38,423 bases of DNA, taken from the IMG/VR virus record IMGVR_UViG_3300037483_000410, positions 1 to 38,423 of that record; one strand, written 5' to 3'. Within the stretch, counting starts at the first letter, position 1. Each line of letters opens with the position of its first letter. The position numbers and the translations under genes are program-made. Positions 17,600 to 25,607 of this stretch are shown here, piece after piece. Source of the DNA: a virus. Lineage: Duplodnaviria; Caudoviricetes. The notes under the pieces are model-generated. The model saw only the letters and a program-made list of their open reading frames with translations, was not told the origin of the DNA and searched no databases.

Positions 17600-18166
17600 A
17601 TGGAGGTCAACGCACGTGGTATTCATCGCAGAATCATATTCGACGTTACTGATGCACTGCGATCAAGATTTGCGGCTCGTGTGCTGCGGCAAGGACATGA
17701 CGATTGTTGGCCCTGGTTGGGTGCGATCCGCAATGGTTACGGATGCATAAAACACCAAAAGCGAGTTTTATCATCGCACGTGGTGGCGTGGAGTATCGCA
17801 AACAACCGACAACCAGCTGCCGGAAAGTTAATTCTTCATACCTGCGACAATCGCATATGCTGCAATCCTTCTCATTTGTACGAAGGAACGGCTCAGAATA
17901 ACGTGCGAGACATGGACGTCCGAAGAGCAATTGCACGCCCGCGTGGCGAAGATCTCCCAAGTTCGGTTCTTACCGAAGAACACGTGCGTCTAATCTTGTC
18001 CCTACGCATTTGTCTGCGTTATGGATACAGGCGTCTTTCGAAGATTCTTAATCTCAATGAATGGTTGATTGATTCCGTATTTCGTCGCAAGACGTGGCGT
18101 CACGTGTCGACTCCAACTACACAGGAAGCTGCAAGAATCGTTGCTGCATTTAGGCAGACAAAGTGA
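17600..18166 (+). CDS. HNH (homing-type) endonuclease
   Basis: DCWPW, NGYG, HTCDNRICCNPSHL-GT-NVRDM; visibly more AT-rich than its flanks. Confidence 0.9.
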   Translation: MEVNARGIHRRIIFDVTDALRSRFAARVLRQGHDDCWPWLGAIRNGYGCIKHQKRVLSSHVVAWSIANNRQPAAGKLILHTCDNRICCNPSHLYEGTAQNNVRDMDVRRAIARPRGEDLPSSVLTEEHVRLILSLRICLRYGYRRLSKILNLNEWLIDSVFRRKTWRHVSTPTTQEAARIVAAFRQTK

Positions 18167-18299
18167 CTTGAATAGATCTCATGGAGGGTCCGGAATGGAC
18201 TCCCAATATCCGTCGAACGGATTTTCCCCATTCGTACCACGCGGATCGCGGTACGCGCATTTTCTCGGTGGCTGAAGGCATGATGTCGACGGCCACCAC

Positions 18300-18313
18300 T
18301 CACACGGAGGTGA
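18300..18313 (+). promoter_or_regulatory. CsrA/Rsm binding hairpin over the csrA Shine-Dalgarno
   Basis: TCAC-ACGGAG-GTGA; ACACGGAGGT matches (A/U)CANGGANG(U/A). Confidence 0.65.
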
Positions 18314-18316
18314 ATC

Positions 18317-18484
18317 ATGTTGGTACTGGACAGGAAAGAACAGCAGTCAATCGTGATCGACGGCCCGGCGAAAATCACCGTGCAGCGGATCAAGGGCGGT
18401 CGGATCAAGTTGGGCATCGAAGCGGACAAGAGCGTCAAGGTCCTGCGCGGCGAGCTGATCAAGCGTGACCGCGACGCGGCGTGA
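18317..18484 (+). CDS. csrA: Carbon storage regulator CsrA/RsmA homolog (55 aa)
   Basis: MLVLDRKEQQSIVIDGPAKITVQRIKGGRIKLGIEADKSVKVLRGEL; GGAGGT RBS; absent from the ORF track. Confidence 0.9.
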   Translation: MLVLDRKEQQSIVIDGPAKITVQRIKGGRIKLGIEADKSVKVLRGELIKRDRDAA

Positions 18485-18597
18485 GAGTAGTAGTAGGCCC
18501 GGGCCGGCGTAGGCTCGGACCAATCCCGGTGGAGGCCCGCTTTCAGACATGGGCTGGCCGCCACTGGGACCTTAAATCAAGCACGAGGCGCGGACGG

Positions 18598-19296
18598 ATG
18601 GCGAAAACACAGGTTGCTACGCGGAGCGATCTATTCGATTACAGCGACGTGCCAGCCGTCGATGCTCGTCGCTGCAAGGCCGCCTACGAGACGATTGGGA
18701 AGCGGCAGCGCCGAATGGCGGAAGATATCGTCGCGATCGGGAAGGAATTGATTGGGGTGAAGGCGAGGCTGCCGCACGGGCTGTTCACGCCCTGGCTGCA
18801 GCATCATTTCGCCTGGTCCGACAGAACAGCACGCCGATTGATGGAGGTCGGCGCGGTGTTCAAAACGGCCACGTTGGCCGATTTGACGATTGACCAGACG
18901 GCTCTCTACCTGATGGCTGAAGACTCCTGCCCAGACGACGTGCGAAAGCAGGTTCTGAAGCAGGCAAAGGGTGGCTCTGTCGTCACACCCGTCACGGTCA
19001 AAGAAGCCATCCGCGAATTCAATCGCGCCCAGTCGGACGAGGAAGAGGAAGAGCAGGACGAGGCGGATGCGGAGCCAGAAGACGTGGAGGTGACCGACGG
19101 CGCTGTCGTCAGGACTGTCACTGGGGAGCGTGTCGACGAGCTGTTGGAATGGAGTTTGCCAGGGTTCATCACGACGATTCGGCGCGAGGTCCAGCAGTGG
19201 GCCGCCGTCTGTCCCGATGAGCAGCATGAGGAAATCGTGGAAGTTCTGCGCGACATCGCGAACCAGGTTGAGAAGGCGTGGAAGGATGAAGAGTAA
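18598..19296 (+). CDS. DUF3102-like protein
   Basis: FDY, IGKELIGVKARLPHGLFTPWL...SDRTARRLM. Confidence 0.75.
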   Translation: MAKTQVATRSDLFDYSDVPAVDARRCKAAYETIGKRQRRMAEDIVAIGKELIGVKARLPHGLFTPWLQHHFAWSDRTARRLMEVGAVFKTATLADLTIDQTALYLMAEDSCPDDVRKQVLKQAKGGSVVTPVTVKEAIREFNRAQSDEEEEEQDEADAEPEDVEVTDGAVVRTVTGERVDELLEWSLPGFITTIRREVQQWAAVCPDEQHEEIVEVLRDIANQVEKAWKDEE

Positions 19297-19477
19297 ATGC
19301 GATCACACGGCCCACCTGGTTAGCGAGAGCGGCCAGCCGATCGGGAGCTGGGAGGTGCAGGAGTTCAGAGGTCAGAAGAGGATCGTTTGCCGCCACTGCG
19401 GCAAGTTTTACGGGTACGCGACGGAAGAGAAGAGGCCACAGCGGGGTAGAGCAGTTGGTAGCTCGCCAGGCTCATAA
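19286..19477 (+). CDS. Small Zn-ribbon-like protein running into the tRNA
   Basis: CDH...CRHCGKFYGY; overlaps the upstream stop; own stop is in the tRNA anticodon loop. Confidence 0.5.
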   Translation: MKSKCDHTAHLVSESGQPIGSWEVQEFRGQKRIVCRHCGKFYGYATEEKRPQRGRAVGSSPGS

Positions 19478-19512
19478 CCTGGAGGTCGCCGGTTCGAATC
19501 CGGCCCCCGCGA
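19440..19512 (+). tRNA. tRNA-Met(CAT), initiator type
   Basis: Full cloverleaf; 1:72 mismatch, A11:U24, CCAGG-CTCATAA-CCTGG, GCCGG-TTCGAAT-CCGGC; no encoded CCA. Confidence 0.92.
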
Positions 19513-19545
19513 TTTTCGATTTTTATACCCTACCTGATGTGAAGT

Positions 19546-19728
19546 CCGGTGTCGGTGATTCGTTCCGGCCGGGCGAGGCGTCGTGAGTGCCGATGGGTGT
19601 GCCGCGTGGGGGATTGGCGATTCCCGACCCACGTAAGCCGTTGCAGGCGGAAGGCAAATTGGGAATCAAGCCGGAACCGATGCCGTTACGGATTGAGCGG
19701 CGGTCGCCTGCACGGCCGCCTGGTTTTT
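19546..19728 (+). ncRNA. Candidate structured RNA / attenuator
   Basis: Several 8-9 bp long-range pairings and a terminator-like hairpin (19699-19720) followed by a U-rich tail. Confidence 0.4.
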
Positions 19729-19744
19729 GGCGAGATGCAGAGCA

Positions 19745-20173
19745 ATGCAAAAGCGTGCCTGGGGTGAACCGAACGAAATGCCGCAGGGCATCCCGGCGGA
19801 TCGCGCCCACCGCTACGCGCGACGGATCGCGGTGGCGATGTACCACGGCAACCGAGAGGAGGCCCATTCGATTATCGACGAGGCGTTTGATCCGGCCGCT
19901 GGTCCGCTTCCTCTGGCCGAGGCGGATCGACTGGCGATGTCGCTGGCCGAAACGGGCCTGAGCCTGCGGACTGTCAACACGCTCGAGCGGATCAACATCT
20001 GCACGGTCGCGGATCTGCTGGGGAGAACGCCGGAGCAGCTGCTGGCCACGGCCAACTTCGGGGTCGCGTCGCTGAAAGAGTGTTTTGAAATGTTAGCGAG
20101 ACTGGGATTTTCACAACAGAAGGAACCACGACATGGCCGTACACGAACTCAACCTCCAGAGCCTGCTGCGTGA
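19745..20173 (+). CDS. RNA polymerase alpha-CTD domain protein
   Basis: LSLRTVNTLERINICTVADLLGRTPEQLLATANFGVASLKE matches the alpha-CTD pattern; start uncertain (19745 or 19778). Confidence 0.85.
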   Translation: MQKRAWGEPNEMPQGIPADRAHRYARRIAVAMYHGNREEAHSIIDEAFDPAAGPLPLAEADRLAMSLAETGLSLRTVNTLERINICTVADLLGRTPEQLLATANFGVASLKECFEMLARLGFSQQKEPRHGRTRTQPPEPAA

Positions 20174-20468
20174 CCTGGATGGAGGTCGCGTCAACGAGGC
20201 GTTCATGCAGGAATTGAAGCACGCGGCGATGGACTGCGAGGACCGGCCGACCGACAAGAATCCGCGGAAGGTGTCGTTGGAGGTGAAGCTCGAACCGATC
20301 TGCGACGAGCGTGGCGACCTGGATAGCGTGGCCGGTAAGTTCCACATCACGAGCAAGGTCCCCGCGCGGCGCACCAAACAATACAGCTTCGGCTACCGCC
20401 GCGGCGGGCAGTTGGTGTTCAACGATTTGTCGGATGACAACATCAACCAGAAAACCATCGACGAGTAA
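20133..20468 (+). CDS. Conserved phage protein (YfdP-like, often labelled replication terminator protein)
   Basis: LDGGRVNEAF...DCEDRP...RKVSLEVKLEP pattern; paired with the next gene. Confidence 0.55.
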   Translation: MAVHELNLQSLLRDLDGGRVNEAFMQELKHAAMDCEDRPTDKNPRKVSLEVKLEPICDERGDLDSVAGKFHITSKVPARRTKQYSFGYRRGGQLVFNDLSDDNINQKTIDE

Positions 20469-20524
20469 ACGCCGGGCCAGCGTGGTCGGCGGCGCTATAA
20501 CCAACCATCTATCAGGAAAAGATC

Positions 20525-21289
20525 ATGCTCAAGGAATTCATCGAGTCCATTTCGCGTCTGGCCACCGAGGCCGTCGAACCCAAGGCCGTTGCGATCCCCG
20601 GCGATCGCCGCACGCAGATACTGCGGCTGGGCGATAGAATCGAGTTGGCCAGCGTACCGCCGCCCCTGCGGACCCACCGCGTCTACACGCTCGAGGATCT
20701 CGTCAACAGCGTGAATAGCTACACGGGCGCCACGTCCAGCATCTGGCACAGCGGCGAGGTGGTCACTGCCGTGCTGGACGACGAGGACCGGCGTGATCTC
20801 GTCGGAATGGATCTGCAGGAGTCGGAGCAACTCGCCACGCTACGCAAGCTGCCCAAGACATTCGACCAGCGGGGACTCGTCACTTTTCTCCGTCGCGACA
20901 TGGCCAATGCCGTCAGTGATTCGATGGTGGCGATCTTTCGCGGCATTTCCTTCCGCCGCGCCGACGCTGGAAATGGAGTCGTGACGCATGGCGGTGAGTC
21001 GCTCGGGCGCAGCGTCGAGGCGGCGGTGGAGGGCACCGGGAAAATCCCGGAGGTGCTCTCATTCAACGTGCCGATCTACACCAACGTCGGCCTGCGCAGG
21101 CGCTACCCGATCGCGGTGGACGTGGACGTGAATCCGCGTGAAGCGACGTTCACTGTGACTGTCCTGCCGGATGAGATCTCGATCGCCGTGCAAGCGATGC
21201 AAGACTACATCCACACCTCGCTCACGCAGCTGGTCGAGGAGACGATCGGCAAGACGGATGACGTCCGGATCTTCTTTGGTTCCCCATAA
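20525..21289 (+). CDS. Conserved phage protein (YfdQ/DUF2303-like)
   Basis: 254 aa; KIPEVLSFNVPIY motif; typical partner of the preceding gene. Confidence 0.5.
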   Translation: MLKEFIESISRLATEAVEPKAVAIPGDRRTQILRLGDRIELASVPPPLRTHRVYTLEDLVNSVNSYTGATSSIWHSGEVVTAVLDDEDRRDLVGMDLQESEQLATLRKLPKTFDQRGLVTFLRRDMANAVSDSMVAIFRGISFRRADAGNGVVTHGGESLGRSVEAAVEGTGKIPEVLSFNVPIYTNVGLRRRYPIAVDVDVNPREATFTVTVLPDEISIAVQAMQDYIHTSLTQLVEETIGKTDDVRIFFGSP

Positions 21290-21377
21290 GGATCGTGGGA
21301 CTATTCGAATTTTGATCCGGCCTGGCGACTGCAGCACGAGGAACGCCGCCAGCATCGCAGACCGTCGAGGTAAACGC

Positions 21378-21653
21378 ATGTACCAACCGAGCCTATTTGA
21401 CAACCCGACCCGCGTCTAGCCGATCGACACGCACCTGGTGCCGTCCGAAAGGCCCCGGCTCTCGCGGCAGAACCAGGCGATCCTGGAGCGGCTGCGGCGT
21501 GGTACGGCCACCAACGACGAGCTCGCCCGGCTGGCGAGGAAATATACGAGCAGAGTCTCGGACTTGCGAGCGGCCGGCTACGACGTCCGGATGATCGAGC
21601 ATGATCACGTCACTGGGATCACACGCTATCAACTCATTGGGGAGCCTCGGTAA
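21378..21653 (+). pseudogene. Winged-HTH protein with an in-frame TAG at 21417-21419
   Basis: GAGG RBS + MYQPSLFDNPTRV*PIDTHLVPSERPRLSRQNQAILERLRRG...YTSRVSDLRAAGYDV in one frame; GTG 21438 lacks an RBS. Confidence 0.65.
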
Positions 21654-21665
21654 GGATGCGGCAGG

Positions 21666-22262
21666 ATGCGAACCATTCCCCTGGAAACGTTGCCGGCTGT
21701 CGAAAGCCTGATCTCTCGCGAGATCCAGGGCGGCAACCGCACGCAGCAGCGCGACGCGATCGCCATCGCGTTGGGCCTGCATGGGATGCGGATCGGGGAG
21801 GTCTGCCGGGCCAGGCGAGACGAGCTGTACGTTGCCGGCCGGCAGCTGCAGGTCCCCGGGTTCAAACGCGGCAACCCGCGCACGCTCGAGCTGCACGGAT
21901 CGCTCGTCGAGGCGATTCTCGCGTGGCGTGGGGACGCCGCCAACGAACTGCTGCTATACACGGCGACCGGCCACGCAATCCATCCCACGCATCTACGGCG
22001 TGTCTGGCAGCGGATGATCGCTCGGCTGCTGTCCGACCACTTCCGGTTTCACGATCTGCGGCACACGTTCGCCACGCGGCTATATCACGAATCGGAGCAC
22101 GATCAGTATTTGGTCAAGCGGATGCTCGGTCACAAGTCGATCAAGTCCACGGAGGTCTACGTGCACAGTCTGGCCCTGATGCCCGACGCGTGCCTAATTA
22201 AGTTGCTAGTCGAAAATGAGTCTATGAGTCCAAAGCTCAAACTGTATTGCCCAGCAGGGTAA
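21666..22262 (+). CDS. Second tyrosine recombinase, catalytic domain only (198 aa)
   Basis: HGMRIGEV, KRG, FHDLRHTFAT, LGHKSIKSTEVY. Confidence 0.92.
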   Translation: MRTIPLETLPAVESLISREIQGGNRTQQRDAIAIALGLHGMRIGEVCRARRDELYVAGRQLQVPGFKRGNPRTLELHGSLVEAILAWRGDAANELLLYTATGHAIHPTHLRRVWQRMIARLLSDHFRFHDLRHTFATRLYHESEHDQYLVKRMLGHKSIKSTEVYVHSLALMPDACLIKLLVENESMSPKLKLYCPAG

Positions 22263-22275
22263 CAAAGGGGACGTC

Positions 22276-22560
22276 ATGCATCACGCGCGAAAGAACGATC
22301 TGCTGCGAAAACAGTTGTCCGCTCTGGCGGACGATATGGATGAGCGAGCGCAGGAGCTACGCGAGTGTGCCGGTTTCCAGGCGCTCGAGGCGGTGGAAAT
22401 GGAGCGGTCTCCGGAGAACGCTGGACCTGCCGCCGAATGCCGAGAGCGTGCGCTCAGGCTATCGGCACAGGCCAGCGGTCTGTTGGACGCGGCTCACATC
22501 ATCAGGCGGAGGTACGACTGCCTGGTCCACAGCGAGACGCCAGGATCGCCACGACAATGA
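22276..22560 (+). CDS. Hypothetical protein
   Basis: GGGG RBS; operon packing. Confidence 0.55.
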   Translation: MHHARKNDLLRKQLSALADDMDERAQELRECAGFQALEAVEMERSPENAGPAAECRERALRLSAQASGLLDAAHIIRRRYDCLVHSETPGSPRQ

Positions 22561-22832
22561 GCCGCCACTACTTTTTCGTGCACCGGAGCTGGGATCCGGC
22601 CCAGATTGATTTCAGGTGCCCGATCGGCGCCGTGAGCGTGGCGCAATCCACGTCTCTGGAGGTCATGCGGCACGCGTGGCTGAAGGCACGCCGCCGATTC
22701 CCCTGCCGGCCCAGGGAGGTTCTGATGCTGGACGAGGTACGCGATGCGAGTCACTGCCAGCAGGCGCGGATGATGGAGCGTGATTGGGAGCGGGCGTTTG
22801 CGGATTTCAAGAAGTTGATGACGGTGAACTGA
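22557..22832 (+). CDS. Hypothetical protein
   Basis: ATGA overlap with the upstream gene. Confidence 0.5.
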   Translation: MSRHYFFVHRSWDPAQIDFRCPIGAVSVAQSTSLEVMRHAWLKARRRFPCRPREVLMLDEVRDASHCQQARMMERDWERAFADFKKLMTVN

Positions 22833-22833
22833 C

Positions 22834-23082
22834 ATGTGCCAGGTGCAGTTGCCCCTATTCAAAAATGAACGTCGCTGCCATGGCTGCGGCTCTGCCAGGT
22901 GTCTTCCAGACGGTACTCACCAATGTCTCCACTGCGGCCGGATATTCAAGTACTACCGCGTTGGCTTCTACAACTGTGGGGTATCGGAGAAACGGTACTG
23001 GGACAATCTCAACGAGCAGCTCGAGATGACGGCCGATGGCTGCTTCGAGCATCCGGAGGAAGGAATCGTGATCAAGCCATGA
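22834..23082 (+). CDS. Zn-finger-like hypothetical protein
   Basis: CHGC...CLHC; QLPLF motif near the N-terminus. Confidence 0.55.
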   Translation: MCQVQLPLFKNERRCHGCGSARCLPDGTHQCLHCGRIFKYYRVGFYNCGVSEKRYWDNLNEQLEMTADGCFEHPEEGIVIKP

Positions 23083-23318
23083 CCAAGCTGACAACGCCAT
23101 ACGGTGAATTCGTCGTGACACGGCGGGCCACGGCCGGCTTCTCGGTCGTGCAGGTCACGCGAACGTGCTGCCACCATGGCCGCTGGAGAAATGTCGGTGA
23201 GTACGTGATCATCGAGCACCGCAAGCTGCCGCTTTTCAAGCCGCTCGTCTGTATGGGTTGGTGCAAGCACGTGGCGACGTACGACCTGGCCGGGAAAGAG
23301 ATTGAGTTGCGATCGTAG
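23079..23318 (+). CDS. Hypothetical protein
   Basis: ATGA-coupled. Confidence 0.5.
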   Translation: MTKLTTPYGEFVVTRRATAGFSVVQVTRTCCHHGRWRNVGEYVIIEHRKLPLFKPLVCMGWCKHVATYDLAGKEIELRS

Positions 23319-23330
23319 AGGCGGTGAATC

Positions 23331-23600
23331 ATGAAGATCAGGAAACCGGCTGTCGACCTCGAAGTCTGTGACTTTTGCCAGTGCGACGGATACCTGCAGA
23401 CGTGCGCCGCCTGTGGTCGCCAATACTGTCTCTCGGACGAAGGGCATGTAGGGAAGTCGTGGGGGTTCACGGAGTTGTGTCGCCAGTGCGCCGGCCGCAT
23501 GGACGTGGCGGAGATATGTGCCAAGTATGCGGCCAAGCTCACGCCCATATTTCGAGCGCGAAACCGTGCCTTGAAGCGACTAAGGGGGCCAGCGGAATGA
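23331..23600 (+). CDS. Zn-finger-like hypothetical protein
   Basis: CDFC, CAAC, CRQC; GAGG/GGTG RBS. Confidence 0.6.
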   Translation: MKIRKPAVDLEVCDFCQCDGYLQTCAACGRQYCLSDEGHVGKSWGFTELCRQCAGRMDVAEICAKYAAKLTPIFRARNRALKRLRGPAE

Positions 23601-24304
23601 AAGAGCTGCCAATTCTGTTTTCCGGCCCGATGGTCCGCGCGATCCTCGATGGGCGCAAGACGATGACGCGTAGGATCGTGAAGCCACAACCGTACCCAGA
23701 GTGCTTCATTCAGAAAATTAAGTGCGAGACGTTTGAGCCGACTGTTATTCGTCGCGGCGAAGAGTGTCCTGGGGAGCCAGTGTACGGATTTTACAGCGAC
23801 GACCAAGGGTTCCGTTGTCCATACGGACAGCCTGGAGATCGACTGTACGTCCGCGAGACATGGCGGCACACCACTGACGATGATGGGATGTCCTGCGTGC
23901 AGTGGCAAGCTGACGGCTTAGCGTCGCCATCGTTGGCCACTGATGGCGGTGAGGGAGAATTTACCGGGCTTGCGAAGCGGAACGTGGTGGCCATGGACGG
24001 TGGGCGGTGGCGCCCCAATATCCACATGCCCAGATGGGCCAGCCGCCTCTTGCTCGATGTCACCAGCGTACGGGCTGAGCGACTGCAGGAGATCACGCAG
24101 CAGGACGCGATCTCCGAGGGGTTCATCAAGCTCCCGGCATCAGGCCGCGGCGTGCTGGATACTGGAGGACAGTATTTCGGCGAGTGCTGGAGTTCCCCGC
24201 GCGCTGGTTTTCTCGAGCTGTGGGACAAGTTGAACGCGAAGCGTGGATTTCCTGTGGAGTCCAATCCTTGGGTCTGGGTCATCAGCTTTCGGAGGAGTGA
24301 GTAG
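23597..24304 (+). CDS. ASCH/PUA-like phage protein
   Basis: PILFSGPMVRAILDGRKTMTRR, CPYGQPGDRLYVRETW, HMPRWASR, NPWVWVISF. Confidence 0.85.
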   Translation: MKELPILFSGPMVRAILDGRKTMTRRIVKPQPYPECFIQKIKCETFEPTVIRRGEECPGEPVYGFYSDDQGFRCPYGQPGDRLYVRETWRHTTDDDGMSCVQWQADGLASPSLATDGGEGEFTGLAKRNVVAMDGGRWRPNIHMPRWASRLLLDVTSVRAERLQEITQQDAISEGFIKLPASGRGVLDTGGQYFGECWSSPRAGFLELWDKLNAKRGFPVESNPWVWVISFRRSE

Positions 24305-24780
24305 TGAAAATTTACGTGGCATCAAGCTGGCGAAACGCATCGCACCCGGTAGTCGTCAAGGCACTTACAGATGCCGGGCACGACGTCTATGACTTTCGCA
24401 ATCCGTACCCTGGTAACAACGGATTCCAGTGGTCCGACATTGACGGAGAGTGGTATTCGTGGACGCCCGAGCAGTACCGGCATTTTTTGGACGACCCCAT
24501 CGCACAGGCAGGTTTCCGCTGCGACATACAGGCGTTGCAACAGTGTGAGTGCGTCGTTGGCGTGCAGCCGTTTGGCCGCTCCGCTTCGCTGGAATTGGGA
24601 TGGGCCGCTGGAGCCGGGAAGCTGACGATTTTGTTGCTGGCACCGGGCGAACCAGAACTGATGGTGAAGATGTGGGACCACATCTGCCTGAACATGCCGG
24701 AGGTGCTAACAATCGTGGCCGACAATAAGGCACCGTACCGGCCATTCGGAGCTGAGCGATCTGTCGGATGTAGGTGGTAA
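24304..24780 (+). CDS. Nucleoside 2-deoxyribosyltransferase-like protein
   Basis: KIYVASSWRN, VYDFRNP, GRSASLELGWAAG. Confidence 0.75.
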   Translation: MKIYVASSWRNASHPVVVKALTDAGHDVYDFRNPYPGNNGFQWSDIDGEWYSWTPEQYRHFLDDPIAQAGFRCDIQALQQCECVVGVQPFGRSASLELGWAAGAGKLTILLLAPGEPELMVKMWDHICLNMPEVLTIVADNKAPYRPFGAERSVGCRW

Positions 24781-24783
24781 ACG

Positions 24784-25050
24784 ATGACGACGAAATTGAC
24801 GAAGCCTGTTTCGCGTCAGATCGAGATCGCCGGGAAGGGTTGTTTTGTGGTGACGCTCACGACCGAGGGGATCACGCTGAGAAAGTTTCGTAAGCGGCGC
24901 GGTGTTCTCCTGCCGTGGCGGGAGTTGGCGGCCTACGGATTACAGGAGGGCGGATACCGGCTGACTGCGGAGCAGTGGGGGGATTCTCTCAAGACACTCG
25001 GTAAGCTGCGGCGGCACAATCGGCTTGGTCGGAAGCAGAAAAGCCAGTAG
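24784..25050 (+). CDS. Basic hypothetical protein
   Basis: AGGTGG RBS; operon packing. Confidence 0.55.
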   Translation: MTTKLTKPVSRQIEIAGKGCFVVTLTTEGITLRKFRKRRGVLLPWRELAAYGLQEGGYRLTAEQWGDSLKTLGKLRRHNRLGRKQKSQ

Positions 25051-25133
25051 CGATGGGGGTCCACGATGTCGCTTTTGGACAAAAGCGACACGATTTGATG
25101 AATCAAAAACCACTCTGCGGAGGAGTTGGTGAC

Positions 25134-25373
25134 ATGCTCGGATGCAAACGATGGAGGCGGCTGCGGGATTGCCGCCGCGAGAGGAGACTACGGCAGGTCC
25201 GCCGCTCCGCGCATCACTTGCGGCTCGAGGTCTGGCAGCTGCTCGAGTCGCTGCCGGCCGAGCGGTTCCGACGGACGCTGATTCGAAGGGCGATCCTGGC
25301 GCGGGACCTCGAGACGCTTCAGCGGATCAGACAGCTGGCTATCACATACCTGGACGAACATGGCAAGGAGTAG
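25134..25373 (+). CDS. Arg-rich hypothetical protein
   Basis: GGAGGAG RBS before ATG 25134. Confidence 0.5.
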   Translation: MLGCKRWRRLRDCRRERRLRQVRRSAHHLRLEVWQLLESLPAERFRRTLIRRAILARDLETLQRIRQLAITYLDEHGKE

Positions 25374-25377
25374 ACCT

Positions 25378-25602
25378 GTGGACAACACGCTCACGCCCGA
25401 GCAGAAAATCACGGTCGATCGCCTCACGCATGACTTCGCGCGAGGCAATCAGGCGATGGAACTGCTGCGGATCGGGTACCGAATGAGGCAGGCTCAGGTG
25501 AAATACTTCAAGGATCGCAGCCGGGAGAACCTCATCGCGTCCAAGGAGTTGGAGAAGGCATTCGACGCGGGTCTCGAAGAGCTGAAAAAGACGAAGGACT
25601 GA
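25378..25602 (+). CDS. Hypothetical protein
   Basis: AAGGAG RBS; MRQAQVKYFK...SKELEK motif. Confidence 0.6.
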   Translation: MDNTLTPEQKITVDRLTHDFARGNQAMELLRIGYRMRQAQVKYFKDRSRENLIASKELEKAFDAGLEELKKTKD

Positions 25603-25607
25603 GCACG

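Noticed and set aside
19513-19545. Hammerhead or theta (HDV-like) ribozyme after the tRNA
   Set aside because: CTGATGTG departs from the CUGAUGA core, no matching GAAA and stems are evident, and the tRNA trailer is U-rich
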